A stretch of DNA of 64,000 nucleotides from an uncultured Alphaproteobacteria bacterium (GCA_963719805.1 CAVRDF010000004.1:150716-214715); one strand, 5' to 3'; shown: positions 38,029 to 48,089, numbered from the stretch's first letter. Translations and numbers: made by a program. Notes: a model not told the origin generated them from the letters alone.

Positions 38029-38757
38029 ATGGCTGTCCTGTTGGAATTCAAGAACATCGATACCTACTACGGCGACCTGCACGTGCTGAAGCAGGTGAAC
38101 TACTCGATCGGTGAAGGCGAAATCGTCTCGCTGCTGGGTGGCAACGCTTCCGGCAAATCGACCACCATGAAGACCATCATGGGCGTGGTGCGTCCGACGC
38201 GTGGCTCGGTGATCTATCAGGGCCAGGCGATCGAGCGGATGGAGACCGCGGAACGCGTGCGCCGCGGCATCGCGCCGGTGTTGGAGGCGCGTCGGCTGTT
38301 CCCGCGTATGACGGTGTTCGAGAACCTGGAGATGGGCGCGTATCTGCGCAAGCGTGGTCCTGAATTCGACCAGGATCTGGAGCGTGTGTATACGCTGTTC
38401 CCGCGGGTCAAGGAACGCGCCACCCAGATCGCCGGCACGCTGTCAGGGGGCGAGCAGCAGATGGTGGCCATGGGGCGTGCGTTGATGGCGCGGCCAAAGC
38501 TGCTGTGCATGGACGAACCGTCGATGGGACTGGCGCCGATATTCGTCGAGCAGGTGTTCGACATCATCCAGGAGATCAACCGCCAGGGCACCACCATCTT
38601 CATGGTGGAGCAGAACGCGAATATGGCACTGCAGATCGCGCACCGCGCTTACGTGTTGCAGACCGGGCAGGTGGTGCTGTCCGGCGCTGCCGCTGAATTG
38701 CGGCAGAATCCGCTGATCCGCGAAGCGTATCTCGGCGAGATGCAGGTAACCGTGTAG
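38029..38757 (+). CDS. livF: branched-chain amino-acid ABC transporter ATPase
   Basis: Walker [10 protein letters not shown], signature [15 protein letters not shown], Walker B LCMDEPS. GGGAGG lies 5 nt upstream of the ATG. A GTG at 38026 is the alternative start. Confidence 0.9.
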   Translation: MAVLLEFKNIDTYYGDLHVLKQVNYSIGEGEIVSLLGGNASGKSTTMKTIMGVVRPTRGSVIYQGQAIERMETAERVRRGIAPVLEARRLFPRMTVFENLEMGAYLRKRGPEFDQDLERVYTLFPRVKERATQIAGTLSGGEQQMVAMGRALMARPKLLCMDEPSMGLAPIFVEQVFDIIQEINRQGTTIFMVEQNANMALQIAHRAYVLQTGQVVLSGAAAELRQNPLIREAYLGEMQVTV

Positions 38758-38787
38758 GCTCTTCCTTCCACCGGGGGAGAGCAGCCA

Positions 38788-39819
38788 ATGGAACGGGTCG
38801 ATCTGCGTTCGGACACGGTGACACTGCCGTCGCAGCCGATGCGTGCGGCGATGGCAAGCGCACCCGTGGGCGACGACCAATATGGCGAGGATCCGACGGT
38901 CCGCGCGTTGCAGGAGCGCATCGCGGCGCTGCTGGGCAAGGAAGCGGCGATATTCCTGCCCAGCGGCACGATGGCCAACCAGGTCGGCCTCAAACTGCTC
39001 ACCCGGCCAGGCGACGATGTGGTGGTGGGCGACGAAGCGCACGTCGTCTGGCACGAGTCCGGAGCGGCGGCGGCAAATGCCGGTGTGCAGTTCAGCGTAG
39101 TGGGTCGCGGCGGGCTGTTCACTGCCGCGGAGTTTCGTGCCGCGTGCAAGCCGCGCGGCCATATCATCTTCCCGCCGACGACGCTGGTCACGGTGGAGAA
39201 CACGCATAACCGCGGTGGCGGCGTGGTGTTTCCGCAGTCCGAGGCGGTAGCGATATGCGCCGCGGCGCGGGAGCTTGGCGTCGCGACCTATCTCGATGGT
39301 GCTCGCTTGTTCAATACGTCGGTCGCGAGCGGTACGTCGCTGGCGGAGCTGGCCGCACCGTTTGACGTGGTATCGGTGGCGCTCTCGAAGGGGCTGGGCT
39401 GTCCGGTCGGCAGTGTGATCGCCGGCAGCGCGGCCGACATGGTGCGCGCGGTGCGAGCGCGCAGGATGTTCGGCGGTGCCATGCGGCAGTCCGGGATACT
39501 GGCCGCGGCTGGATTGTATGCGCTGGACCACAACATCGAGCGGCTGGCCGAGGATCACGCGAATGCCCGCGTAATGGCCGAATACGTTGCGGGCACGCGC
39601 GCCGAGATGGATCTGGCGACGGTGCAGACAAATATCGTGATCTTCCGGGTGCCGGAACCGTTGCCCGATGCGGCGACCGTGGTGCAACGCGCACAGGAAC
39701 ACGGTGTGCTGGTCTCGGCTTTTGCCGCGCGAACCGTGCGGGCGGTGACGCATTTGAATGTCGACGCGGCGCAATCGCGCCGTGCCGGTGAGGTGCTGGC
39801 AAAGGCGCTGGCGGCGTAG
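38788..39819 (+). CDS. ltaE: low-specificity L-threonine aldolase (PLP-dependent)
   Basis: Contains [11 protein letters not shown]...[11 protein letters not shown]...PSGTMANQ...[12 protein letters not shown] (PLP lysine). Confidence 0.85.
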   Translation: MERVDLRSDTVTLPSQPMRAAMASAPVGDDQYGEDPTVRALQERIAALLGKEAAIFLPSGTMANQVGLKLLTRPGDDVVVGDEAHVVWHESGAAAANAGVQFSVVGRGGLFTAAEFRAACKPRGHIIFPPTTLVTVENTHNRGGGVVFPQSEAVAICAAARELGVATYLDGARLFNTSVASGTSLAELAAPFDVVSVALSKGLGCPVGSVIAGSAADMVRAVRARRMFGGAMRQSGILAAAGLYALDHNIERLAEDHANARVMAEYVAGTRAEMDLATVQTNIVIFRVPEPLPDAATVVQRAQEHGVLVSAFAARTVRAVTHLNVDAAQSRRAGEVLAKALAA

Positions 39820-39854
39820 GCGATTCGTTAACTGCATAGGCCCACACTGCGGAT

Positions 39855-40574
39855 GTGCAGTTGCTGGGCCTGGATTTTGCCGATCTGGATGTCGAAGCGG
39901 CGACGGAGTTGCTGCTAAAGCGTCCGGCGTCAGCGCCATTCGCTTATGTGACGACGCCGAACGCTGATCACCTGGTTCGGCTGAATCGGCGCCCGGCGCT
40001 GTTGCCGCTGTATCGTGGCGCCATGTTGCGGCTGCTGGACTCGCGTGTCGTTGCCTTGGCGGCTCGGCTGCTCGGCTTGCCGGCGCCTCACGTCGCACCC
40101 GGCAGCGATCTGACGGCATCGTTGATCAGGCGCCTCGCGCCCGGCGAACCCGTCACCATCGTCGGCCTCGCGCCAAGATGGCTGCCCCGCTTGGTGGCGC
40201 GGTGCGGCATCGCCGCGCCGGCACATTACAATCCTCCATTTGGCTTTGAGCACGACCCAGCGGCACTGCGCGCTGCCGTGCAATTCGTGTTGGATCATCC
40301 GGCGCGCTTTGTTTTTTTGGCAGTCGGTTCGCCACGGCAGGAAATCCTGGCGGCGGCAATCAGCGCTACGGGACAGTCTGTCGGTGTGGGGCTGTGCATC
40401 GGTGCAGGCCTGGAATTCATCGCCGGAGCGCAACCTCGCGCGCCGGTCTGGATGCAGCGAGCCCATCTCGAATGGCTGCATCGGCTGGTGATCGATCCGC
40501 GCAAGGCGCGCCGCTATCTGATTGACAGCCCGCCAATCTTTCCGTTGCTGCTACACGAGCGATTGGCGCGGTAA
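39855..40574 (+). CDS. WecB/TagA/CpsF-family glycosyltransferase (GT26)
   Basis: GTG start. Contains YVTTPNADHLV...FVFLAVGSPRQEIL...LCIGAGLEFIAG...AHLEWLHRL, typical GT26 blocks. Confidence 0.8.
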   Translation: MQLLGLDFADLDVEAATELLLKRPASAPFAYVTTPNADHLVRLNRRPALLPLYRGAMLRLLDSRVVALAARLLGLPAPHVAPGSDLTASLIRRLAPGEPVTIVGLAPRWLPRLVARCGIAAPAHYNPPFGFEHDPAALRAAVQFVLDHPARFVFLAVGSPRQEILAAAISATGQSVGVGLCIGAGLEFIAGAQPRAPVWMQRAHLEWLHRLVIDPRKARRYLIDSPPIFPLLLHERLAR

Positions 40575-41546
40575 CAGCCGCCATATGTGGCGCCGAGCGC
40601 ACTCACGATAGGCGATGTCATTGATGCGCAGATAGGTCTGTGTATGCGGCGAAAGGTGCTGCGGCACGGTGCTCGCGGACATCTGGATCGCCGCGGCAAA
40701 AGCCAGCAATGTCTGGACGAATTGATGCCTGCATCCACCCTTCAGCAGATAGAACAGAAGGCGTGGCAACAACGGGAGCCAGCCGTTGCTCCATTTCCGG
40801 CCGATATACAGTCGGTTGCGTACGAAATGATACCAGCGACTGCCGCTCCACTCAAAGCGGCGCTCTGGGCTGACCTTGTGGCGGACGACGAGGTCGCCGC
40901 AATAGCGGACACGCCAGCCTTGCTGGATTGCGCGCAGGCAGAAATCAAATTCTTCCCAGCAGAAGAACAGCGCGTCATCGTATCCGCCACAGGCGTCCCA
41001 GGCGGAACGGCGAATGGCGTGTCCCGCGCCTACAAATGTCACCGCGTCAAAAGAATCGCCGGCATGCGGCAGCAGACCGCTCGGATAGCCCCACGATGAC
41101 AGGTCATCGGTGTCATTTGCATGCATGACTATGCGGCAACCGACAGCCGCAAGCGCCGGTTCGGCATCCAGCGCGGCGACAGCGCGTGCCAGGGTCGTGG
41201 AATCGGCAAACTCCGCATCATTGTCGAGGCCGAAGATGATCCGGCCATGGCCCTGTGCCGAGCCGATATTCCGGCCGCCCGCCACACCATGATTGCCATG
41301 CAGCGCGACTAAGATTGCGTCGTCATGCCGCGCGATCTCCGCTGCCAGCCGCGCGAGGCTTTCCGGCTGGGAACCCTGATCCACCACGATGACGCGGCGC
41401 GATAAACCTGTCTGCTGCAGCGCCGAACGTATCGCCGCCAGCGTCTCTTCGACGCGATCCAATGCAAGGATCACCACATCTGCGTCGTACTCCGTCATCG
41501 CGTCGGAAGTGGGCGGCGAAAGCGATGACGTGGCAGTGCTCCGCAT
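40551..41546 (-). CDS. glycosyltransferase family 2
   Basis: Contains DVVILALDRVEET...VVDQGS...GGRNIG...GLDNDAEF (DxD)...CWEEFDFCLR. Its 3' end overlaps the convergent GT26 gene by 24 nt. Confidence 0.85.
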   Translation of the reverse strand: MRSTATSSLSPPTSDAMTEYDADVVILALDRVEETLAAIRSALQQTGLSRRVIVVDQGSQPESLARLAAEIARHDDAILVALHGNHGVAGGRNIGSAQGHGRIIFGLDNDAEFADSTTLARAVAALDAEPALAAVGCRIVMHANDTDDLSSWGYPSGLLPHAGDSFDAVTFVGAGHAIRRSAWDACGGYDDALFFCWEEFDFCLRAIQQGWRVRYCGDLVVRHKVSPERRFEWSGSRWYHFVRNRLYIGRKWSNGWLPLLPRLLFYLLKGGCRHQFVQTLLAFAAAIQMSASTVPQHLSPHTQTYLRINDIAYRECARRHIWRLLPRQSLV

Positions 41547-41552
41547 CCCAAG

Positions 41553-42533
41553 TTACCCTGGGGGCGGCAGCGAGGGTTGCAGCAGGTACGCCAGTCGCTT
41601 CAGCTCCTTTCTGCCGCGCGAGACCTGATCCAGCACAAGCCCACAGACGAACGACAGAGCTGCCGCCAATACCAGTGCGGTCGTTAGGAGTGCTGTTGGC
41701 AGCCGGGCCACCAGGCCGGTGCGCAGAAACTCGAGCACCACTGACGCGCCGAGGCCGAGACCGATCAGCATCAGCACAGCCGCGGTCAATCCAAACGATT
41801 GCAACGGCCTCTGCTGCTTCGCCAGCACCATGATCGCATGCAGGATGCGCCAACCATCGGCCAGTGTGTGCAGCTTTGACTGCGAGCCGGCGGCCCGGGA
41901 GCGATACTCGGAATCGATTTCTGCAATCGGCATTTCCAGTTCAAGCGCGTGAATGGTGAATTCCGTCTCAATCTCAAATCCCGCTGCGAGAGCAGGGAAG
42001 GATTTGACGAAGCGGCGGCTGAACACCCGGTAGCCGGACAGCACGTCGCTTACGCGATTGCTGAACACGCGATGGACCAGGAAACTCAGCATGCGATTGC
42101 CGAGGCGGTGACCGCGCCGATACGCCTGCATGTTGATCGGCACCCTACTGGCAGTGACCATGTCGAGCTGATGCTCAATCAGATCGCGCACCATCGCAGG
42201 CGCTGCGTCAGGATCATAAGTGTCGTCGCCGTCCACCAGTACGTAGACGTCCGCCTCCACGTCGGCGAACATCCTTCTTACGACGTAGCCTTTGCCTTGC
42301 AGGCTTTCGAAGCGCACCTTCGCTCCGGCCTGCAGCGAGATGTGCCGGGTGCGATCAGTGGAATTGTTGTCGTAGACGTATATTACGGCACCGGGCAGAC
42401 TGCGTTGGAATCCGGCAATCACCTGCGCGACCGCAAGCTCCTCGTTATAGCAAGGGATCAGCACGGCAATGCGGCAGCCGCCAAATGGTTGGCTCAGTCT
42501 TTCCGGCTGAAGCCGGGGCGGGGACCGCGACAT
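41553..42533 (-). CDS. membrane-anchored GT2, polyprenyl-phosphate glycosyltransferase type (GtrB/ArnC/DPM1-like)
   Basis: Contains IAVLIPCYNEE...YDNNSTDRT...VDGDDTYD, plus two C-terminal TM helices (FGLTAAVLMLIGLGLGASVVL and TALLTTALVLAAALSFVCGLVL). Alternative in-frame starts lie at 42572 and 42617. Confidence 0.8.
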   Translation of the reverse strand: MSRSPPRLQPERLSQPFGGCRIAVLIPCYNEELAVAQVIAGFQRSLPGAVIYVYDNNSTDRTRHISLQAGAKVRFESLQGKGYVVRRMFADVEADVYVLVDGDDTYDPDAAPAMVRDLIEHQLDMVTASRVPINMQAYRRGHRLGNRMLSFLVHRVFSNRVSDVLSGYRVFSRRFVKSFPALAAGFEIETEFTIHALELEMPIAEIDSEYRSRAAGSQSKLHTLADGWRILHAIMVLAKQQRPLQSFGLTAAVLMLIGLGLGASVVLEFLRTGLVARLPTALLTTALVLAAALSFVCGLVLDQVSRGRKELKRLAYLLQPSLPPPG

Positions 42534-42561
42534 GATCGCATGATCGCATCGGTCTCCCTGC

Positions 42562-43254
42562 TCAATATGCATTGCACGCGCCCAAGACAGCGCCGAAGGT
42601 CCGGGCCAGGATGACAATGTCGAGCCTCAGCGACCAATGCTCGATGTATTCCAGGTCTGCGTCGACGCGGCGCAGCAGCTTGTCCTCGGTCTTGGTCTCT
42701 CCACGCAAGCCACGGATCTGCGCGAGACCAGTCATCCCCGGCCGGACACAATGGCGGATCGGATAGCGCGGCGTGACCAACTCGAATGGCTTTCCGCCGG
42801 CGCGCGTGCCGGGTGCATGTGGCCTCGGCCCGACCAGCGACATATCGCCGCGCAGCACGTTGATGAGTTGCGGTAGCTCGTCCAGCGACCAGTGTCGCAG
42901 CCAGGCTCCGATGCGCGTCAGCCGGGGATCGTGCCGGCAGGCCTGGGAAAGATGACAGGCGGGTGAGCTCTCGTCCCGCATTGTACGAAACTTCAATGCG
43001 GTGAAGCTCGCATTGTTGAAACCGATCCGGCGTTGCCGGAACAGTGCGCCGCCGGGGCTATCGCAGCGGATCAGCACCGCAATAATCAGCATTGGAATGC
43101 TCGCCAAAGCGAGCAGCAGGCTCGCAACGACAATATCGAACAGCCGCTTGGCCGGACCGTTGCAGCCAAGGCGAGCACGCACTGGGTAGGAATAGGAGAT
43201 CGGGACGCTTGCTAGATCCGAGATCTCGCCGAGGGCATTGGAGGGCTGAAACAT
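42562..43254 (-). CDS. undecaprenyl-phosphate sugar-phosphotransferase (ExoY/WbaP C-terminal type priming enzyme)
   Basis: The 230-aa product has a single N-terminal TM and contains KRLFDIVVASLLL...FRQRRIG...KFRTM...DELPQLINVLRGDMSLVGPRPH...PGMTGLAQI. Confidence 0.9.
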   Translation of the reverse strand: MFQPSNALGEISDLASVPISYSYPVRARLGCNGPAKRLFDIVVASLLLALASIPMLIIAVLIRCDSPGGALFRQRRIGFNNASFTALKFRTMRDESSPACHLSQACRHDPRLTRIGAWLRHWSLDELPQLINVLRGDMSLVGPRPHAPGTRAGGKPFELVTPRYPIRHCVRPGMTGLAQIRGLRGETKTEDKLLRRVDADLEYIEHWSLRLDIVILARTFGAVLGACNAY

Positions 43255-43385
43255 GGGACCGACCCGGAACTCGGCGGGACGGGTTGTGCTTTTCCCGCAA
43301 GAACTACCGTCGGTTGAGAGTTATCGCGCGAATAGCTGACCGTCCGGTTAATGCCAGTGCGCCGGGGAAGCCGTGTTCGCTGGGA

Positions 43386-43841
43386 TCAGCGGAATACCAT
43401 CGTGCGGGACAGCTTGAAGTTCAGGAACATGCCGGCCACCGCGCCAGCGGCAGTGGCGAACACCGGCTGATCGGCGCAGAGCGGGACAAACGTTACCAGC
43501 GCCGCGTAGGTGCCACGGTTGAGCACGAAGCCACCGAGATTGACCAGCAGGAACCGTGCCCATTGGGCGTGTATCGGGCCGCTGCCACGGCCCCTGAATG
43601 TCCAGAGCCGGTTCAGCAGCCAGGTGACCGTTGCGGCAGCGCAGTAGGAGACGGCACCGGCGCCGTATAGTCCGAGCTGGTAGCGCAGCCCGTAGACGAT
43701 GCCGGTATCCACGACCAGGCCAACGAGCCCAACGACCCCGAACATCAGGAATTGCACCAGCGCGGCGATGCGGGCCGGCGTTGCAAACTGACGGGCTGGC
43801 GGCGGGAGCCGCATGGCGAGATGCAGCAGCAAAGAATGCAT
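43386..43841 (-). CDS. GtrA-family membrane protein
   Basis: The 151-aa product has four TM helices and contains VQFLMFGVVGLVGLVVDTGIVY...NRLWTFR...FLNFKLSRTMVF (GtrA motifs). Confidence 0.8.
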   Translation of the reverse strand: MHSLLLHLAMRLPPPARQFATPARIAALVQFLMFGVVGLVGLVVDTGIVYGLRYQLGLYGAGAVSYCAAATVTWLLNRLWTFRGRGSGPIHAQWARFLLVNLGGFVLNRGTYAALVTFVPLCADQPVFATAAGAVAGMFLNFKLSRTMVFR

Positions 43842-43901
43842 CGGCCTCAGTTAGAGGAAACGCCGGCCGACGGGAACACGGAGTTGGCCCAGTCTCGCTC
43901 A

Positions 43902-43925
43902 AATGCGATGCAGGTTTATCGCATT
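43902..43925. promoter_or_regulatory. perfect 8-8-8 palindrome in the gtrA / dppB-like divergent region (candidate operator)
   Basis: AATGCGAT-gcaggttt-ATCGCATT sits inside the 192-bp divergent intergenic region. Confidence 0.3.
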
Positions 43926-44033
43926 GCACAACCCGCTGGCGTTTCCCACGGGGCTGAGGCAGGCTACCGTTGCCGGGGCTGGGACCGGCGGATACTCGGC
44001 ATAATCTGATAACGGGGCTGGAGAGCCGAACGA

Positions 44034-44975
44034 ATGCTTGCCTACGCCACGCGGCGAGTTCTCGCGACCATTCCCGTCATGCTGATCGTGGCGTTCTTTG
44101 TGTTCAGCCTGCTGTACATCGCTCCAGGCGACCCCGCCGCGATCATCGCCGGCGACCAGGCCACGCCCGCCGATGTCGAGCGGATCCGCGAGTCACTCGG
44201 CCTCGATCGGCCATTCCTGGTGCGCTTCGGCGAATGGCTCTGGCAAGTGATACACGGCGACCTCGGCACCTCGATTTTCACCAACCTGCCGGTCAGCCAT
44301 ATGATCGCTCAGCGCATCGAGCCGACGCTGTCGCTGATGCTGTTGTCGATCGTGTTTGCCGTGTGTGTGGCGATCCCGCTTGGCGTGGTGGCTGCGTGGC
44401 GGCACGGCTCGTGGATCGACCGCGCAGTGATGGTTTTGGCGGTGTTCGGCTTTTCCACGCCGGTGTTCGTGCTCGGCTATGTGCTGGCGTATGTATTCGC
44501 GTTGCAGCTCGATTGGCTGCCGGTGCAGGGGTTCCATTCGCTGAGCGACGGCATCTGGCCATTCCTGCGCAATCTGATCCTGCCGACATTCGCCCTTGGC
44601 CTGGTGTTCATCACGCTGCTGGCGCGCATTACCCGTGCCACGATGCTTGACGTGCTCAGCCAGGACTATGTTCGCACGGCGCGGGCCAAAGGCGTTGGTC
44701 AGCGCGCCGTGCTTTTCGTGCACGCGCTGAAAAACGCGGCGGTGCCCATCGTCACAGTCATCGGCAATGGCGTGGCGCTGCTTATCGGCGGCGCGGTGCT
44801 GACCGAGAGCGTGTTCGCGATCCCGGGGCTGGGCCGGCTGACGCTCGATGCGATCCTGCGACGGGACTATCCGGTGATCCAGGGCGTCGTGCTGCTGTTC
44901 AGCTTCAGCTACGTGCTGGTGAACCTGCTGGTTGACCTGCTCTACACCGTGTTTGATCCAAGGATCCGTTACTGA
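44034..44975 (+). CDS. peptide/opine ABC transporter permease (DppB-like)
   Basis: N-terminus MLAYATRRVLATIPVMLIVAFFVF and the EAA region YVRTARAKGVGQRAVLFVHALKNA. Confidence 0.9.
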   Translation: MLAYATRRVLATIPVMLIVAFFVFSLLYIAPGDPAAIIAGDQATPADVERIRESLGLDRPFLVRFGEWLWQVIHGDLGTSIFTNLPVSHMIAQRIEPTLSLMLLSIVFAVCVAIPLGVVAAWRHGSWIDRAVMVLAVFGFSTPVFVLGYVLAYVFALQLDWLPVQGFHSLSDGIWPFLRNLILPTFALGLVFITLLARITRATMLDVLSQDYVRTARAKGVGQRAVLFVHALKNAAVPIVTVIGNGVALLIGGAVLTESVFAIPGLGRLTLDAILRRDYPVIQGVVLLFSFSYVLVNLLVDLLYTVFDPRIRY

Positions 44976-45886
44976 TGAGTTCGGCAGCGACCACGCAATC
45001 CGCCTACGCGTCCGCACCTGAACTGGCAGACGTTCTGCCGCCGATAAGGCAGCGCGGCAGGGTGATGACCTTCGCCCGGCGACATCCGACCATTCTGCTC
45101 GGCGGTGTGCTGTTGGCGATGATGGTGCTGATCGCGATCCTGGCCCCGTACCTCGGTACGGTTGATCCGACCGCCCTGGCACCGGCACGCCGCATTCGAG
45201 AACCGTCGCTCGACCATTGGTTCGGCACGGACATGTTGGGCCGCGACGTGTATTCGCGGGTGATCTACGGGTCGCGTATTTCCCTTATCGTCGGCTTCGC
45301 CGTGGCTGCTGCCGCGTCAGCCATTGGCACATTCGTTGGTCTGATCTCGGGCTTCGTACGTCCGATCGATGCTGTCCTGATGCGCGTGATGGACGGCCTG
45401 ATGTCGATCCCGTCGATCCTGTTGGCAATCGCGTTGATGGCGCTGTGGGGGGCGTCGGTCCAGAACGTCGTCATTGCCATCACCATCGGTGAGTTCCCGC
45501 GCGTCTCGCGGCTGATCCGCGGGGTAGTGCTGAGCCTGCGCGAGCAACCGTTTGTCGAGGCGGCTGTCGCGTCCGGCACGCGTGTGCCGATGATCATCGT
45601 CAAGCACATCCTGCCGAACACGCTGGCGCCGCTGATGGTGAACGCTACATTCATCTGTGCCTCGGCGATGATCACCGAGGCGGCGCTGTCATTCATCGGT
45701 GCCGGCACGCCACCGATCATTCCTAGCTGGGGCAACATCATGGCGGAGGGCAGGGCGCTCTGGCAGATCAAGCCCTATATCGTCTTCTTTCCGGCGATAT
45801 TCCTCTGTCTCACCGTGCTGTCAGTGAACCTGCTCGGCGACGGGTTGCGCGACGCGCTTGATCCGCGGCTGGCCAAGCGGATCTGA
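44975..45886 (+). CDS. peptide/opine ABC transporter permease (DppC-like)
   Basis: Contains [21 protein letters not shown] and [23 protein letters not shown]. It is coupled to the upstream gene by a TGATG overlap. Confidence 0.9.
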   Translation: MSSAATTQSAYASAPELADVLPPIRQRGRVMTFARRHPTILLGGVLLAMMVLIAILAPYLGTVDPTALAPARRIREPSLDHWFGTDMLGRDVYSRVIYGSRISLIVGFAVAAAASAIGTFVGLISGFVRPIDAVLMRVMDGLMSIPSILLAIALMALWGASVQNVVIAITIGEFPRVSRLIRGVVLSLREQPFVEAAVASGTRVPMIIVKHILPNTLAPLMVNATFICASAMITEAALSFIGAGTPPIIPSWGNIMAEGRALWQIKPYIVFFPAIFLCLTVLSVNLLGDGLRDALDPRLAKRI

Positions 45887-45888
45887 GT

Positions 45889-46878
45889 ATGGCGCTGTTG
45901 GAGGTCGATAGCCTGCAGACGCATTTCGCCACGCTCGATGGCGTCGTTCGTGCGGTCGAAGGTGTCTCATTCCATATCGATGCCGGCGAGACGCTTGGCA
46001 TCGTCGGCGAATCAGGCTGCGGCAAGTCGGTGACCGCGATGTCGATCCTGCGGCTGATCCAGGAGCCGCCGGGCAAGATCGCCGGTGCGATCCGCTTCCA
46101 GGGCCGCGACCTTCTGGAATTATCCGAGCCCGAGATGCGCGATATCCGCGGCAACGCGATCTCGATGATCTTCCAGGAGCCGATGACCAGCCTGAACCCG
46201 GTTCTGACGGTGGGGCGGCAGATCGGCGAGACGCTGCAACTGCATCAAGGCCTGTCAGCGCGTGACGCCGAGAAGAAGGCGATCGATATGCTGGTGCTTG
46301 TCGGCATTCCGGCGCCGCAGCGGCGGGTGCGCGAATATCCGCACCAGCTTTCCGGCGGTATGCGGCAGCGCGTGATGATCGCCATGGCTCTGGCGTGCAA
46401 TCCGAAGTTGCTGATCGCCGACGAACCGACGACGGCGCTCGACGTGACCATACAGGCGCAGATACTGGACCTGATGCGCGACCTGAAGCATCGGCTTGGC
46501 TCTGCGATCATGCTGATCACGCACGACCTGGGTGTCGTGGCGGAAATGTGCGAACGCGTCGTGGTGATGTACGCCGGCCGCAAGGTCGAGGAGGGGACGG
46601 TGCACGAGATCTTCGCCCGTCCGCTGCATCCTTATACGCGCGGGCTGCTTGGCTCCGTGCCGAAGCTTGGTTCATCGCTGACCGATGGCGGGCGCGGCAA
46701 GCTGGCGGAGATCCCCGGACTGGTACCGAGCCTGCGCCAGCGGATCGAGGGATGTCCGTTCGCCGGGCGTTGCCCGATTGCGACCGAGCTTTGCACCCGG
46801 GTCGCTCCAGGGATCGAGGAAAAGACCCCCGGTCATCTTGCGGCATGCCACTACGCCGAACGACGGATGGCGGCGTGA
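45889..46878 (+). CDS. peptide/opine ABC transporter ATPase (DppD-like)
   Basis: Walker A GESGCGKS, signature [12 protein letters not shown], Walker [12 protein letters not shown], plus a C-terminal oligopeptide-transporter extension. Confidence 0.9.
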   Translation: MALLEVDSLQTHFATLDGVVRAVEGVSFHIDAGETLGIVGESGCGKSVTAMSILRLIQEPPGKIAGAIRFQGRDLLELSEPEMRDIRGNAISMIFQEPMTSLNPVLTVGRQIGETLQLHQGLSARDAEKKAIDMLVLVGIPAPQRRVREYPHQLSGGMRQRVMIAMALACNPKLLIADEPTTALDVTIQAQILDLMRDLKHRLGSAIMLITHDLGVVAEMCERVVVMYAGRKVEEGTVHEIFARPLHPYTRGLLGSVPKLGSSLTDGGRGKLAEIPGLVPSLRQRIEGCPFAGRCPIATELCTRVAPGIEEKTPGHLAACHYAERRMAA

Positions 46879-47882
46879 CGGAGCGGCCTCTCCTCGAAGT
46901 CAACGGGCTGAAAAAGCACTTTCCGATCCATGGCGGCGTGCTGGGCCTGGAGACCGCCAAAGTCTATGCTGTCGATGGCGTGTCGTTTGCCATCAACCGT
47001 GGCGAAACGCTGTCGCTGGTGGGTGAGTCAGGGTGCGGCAAATCGACCGTCGGCAAGGCGATCCTGCGATTGTATCCGATCACCGACGGCGAGGTGTACC
47101 TGGCCGGCGAGCGCATCGACAATCTACCCGCGTCGCGATTGCGGCCGCTCCGTCAGCGTGTGCAGGTGGTATTCCAGGATCCGTTTTCCTCGCTCAATCC
47201 GCGGATGAAGGTGCGCGACATCCTTGCCGAACCGCTGGTCAATTTTGGTCTGGCGCGCGGCGGGCGTGAGCTGACCGAGCGGGTCGAACAGTTGATGGCG
47301 AAGGTGCAGTTGCCGCGCGATGCGATCGGGCGGTATCCGCACGAATTCTCCGGCGGACAACGCCAGCGTATCGGCATCGCGCGCGCCTTGGCTCCGGGCG
47401 CCGAACTGATCATCTGCGATGAGGCAGTGTCTGCGCTGGACGTATCGGTGAAAGCCCAGATCATCAACCTGCTGGTCGATCTGCAAAACGAGTTCGGCAT
47501 GGCGCTGCTGTTCATCAGCCACGATCTCGCCATTGTTGAGCATCTGACGCACCGCGTGGCGGTGATGTACCTGGGCAAGATCGTCGAACTGGCCGATCGG
47601 CGAACGCTGTTCGCAAAGTCGCATCATCCCTACACGCGTGCACTGCTGTCGGCGGTGCCGGTGCCGGATCCGACGGCGAAGCGCCAGCGCATCATCCTGA
47701 AGGGCGACGTGCCCAGTCCGATCAATCCGCCAAGTGGCTGCCGGTTCCACACGCGGTGTCCGTTCGTATTCGATCGCTGCCGGGTGGAAGAGCCGATGCT
47801 GCGGCCGGTGGGAGAGGGACACGTGTCGGCCTGCCATTTGGACCATGTGCCGGGTGGTCAGGTGGTGCCGATGGTGGCGTGA
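46875..47882 (+). CDS. peptide/opine ABC transporter ATPase (DppF-like)
   Basis: The GTG start overlaps the dppD-like stop (GTGA). Contains [46 protein letters not shown] and GCRFHTRCP. Confidence 0.9.
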   Translation: MTERPLLEVNGLKKHFPIHGGVLGLETAKVYAVDGVSFAINRGETLSLVGESGCGKSTVGKAILRLYPITDGEVYLAGERIDNLPASRLRPLRQRVQVVFQDPFSSLNPRMKVRDILAEPLVNFGLARGGRELTERVEQLMAKVQLPRDAIGRYPHEFSGGQRQRIGIARALAPGAELIICDEAVSALDVSVKAQIINLLVDLQNEFGMALLFISHDLAIVEHLTHRVAVMYLGKIVELADRRTLFAKSHHPYTRALLSAVPVPDPTAKRQRIILKGDVPSPINPPSGCRFHTRCPFVFDRCRVEEPMLRPVGEGHVSACHLDHVPGGQVVPMVA

Positions 47883-48028
47883 TTGGTCTGTCTCGCGCTC
47901 TAGTGGCGATTACCGGGGTCGCTTGCTCTGCCCACGCATTGGCCGAGAAATACGGCATTCCGCTGCTCTTCAAGGGCACAGATTTCGCCCAAACCGATAT
48001 CGTTCCGGCACTCCCTCGACCCGCTTGA
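47882..48028 (+). pseudogene. relic of a VapC/PIN-domain toxin gene (C-terminal ~45 codons only)
   Basis: Translation reads ITGVACSAHALAEKYGIPLLFKGTDFAQTDIVPAL, close to the conserved VapC C-terminus (GDCfaYAlA....PLLFKGdDFa.TDi). There is no start codon and no N-terminal PIN acidic residues. The upstream part of the frame is out-of-frame dppF sequence. Confidence 0.55.
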
Positions 48029-48089
48029 CCACCACACGTCCGGGTGACCACACTCCGGCCCACGCGACGCGACAAGGGAGGGATTGTGG

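Noticed and set aside
36322-38082. 586-aa ORF on the minus strand
   Set aside because: It is antisense to the LivM-LivG fusion and livF. Its composition is Arg/His/Gln-rich and not protein-like.
38443-40119. 558-aa ORF on the minus strand
   Set aside because: It is antisense to livF, threonine aldolase and the GT26 gene. It is Arg/His-rich shadow sequence.
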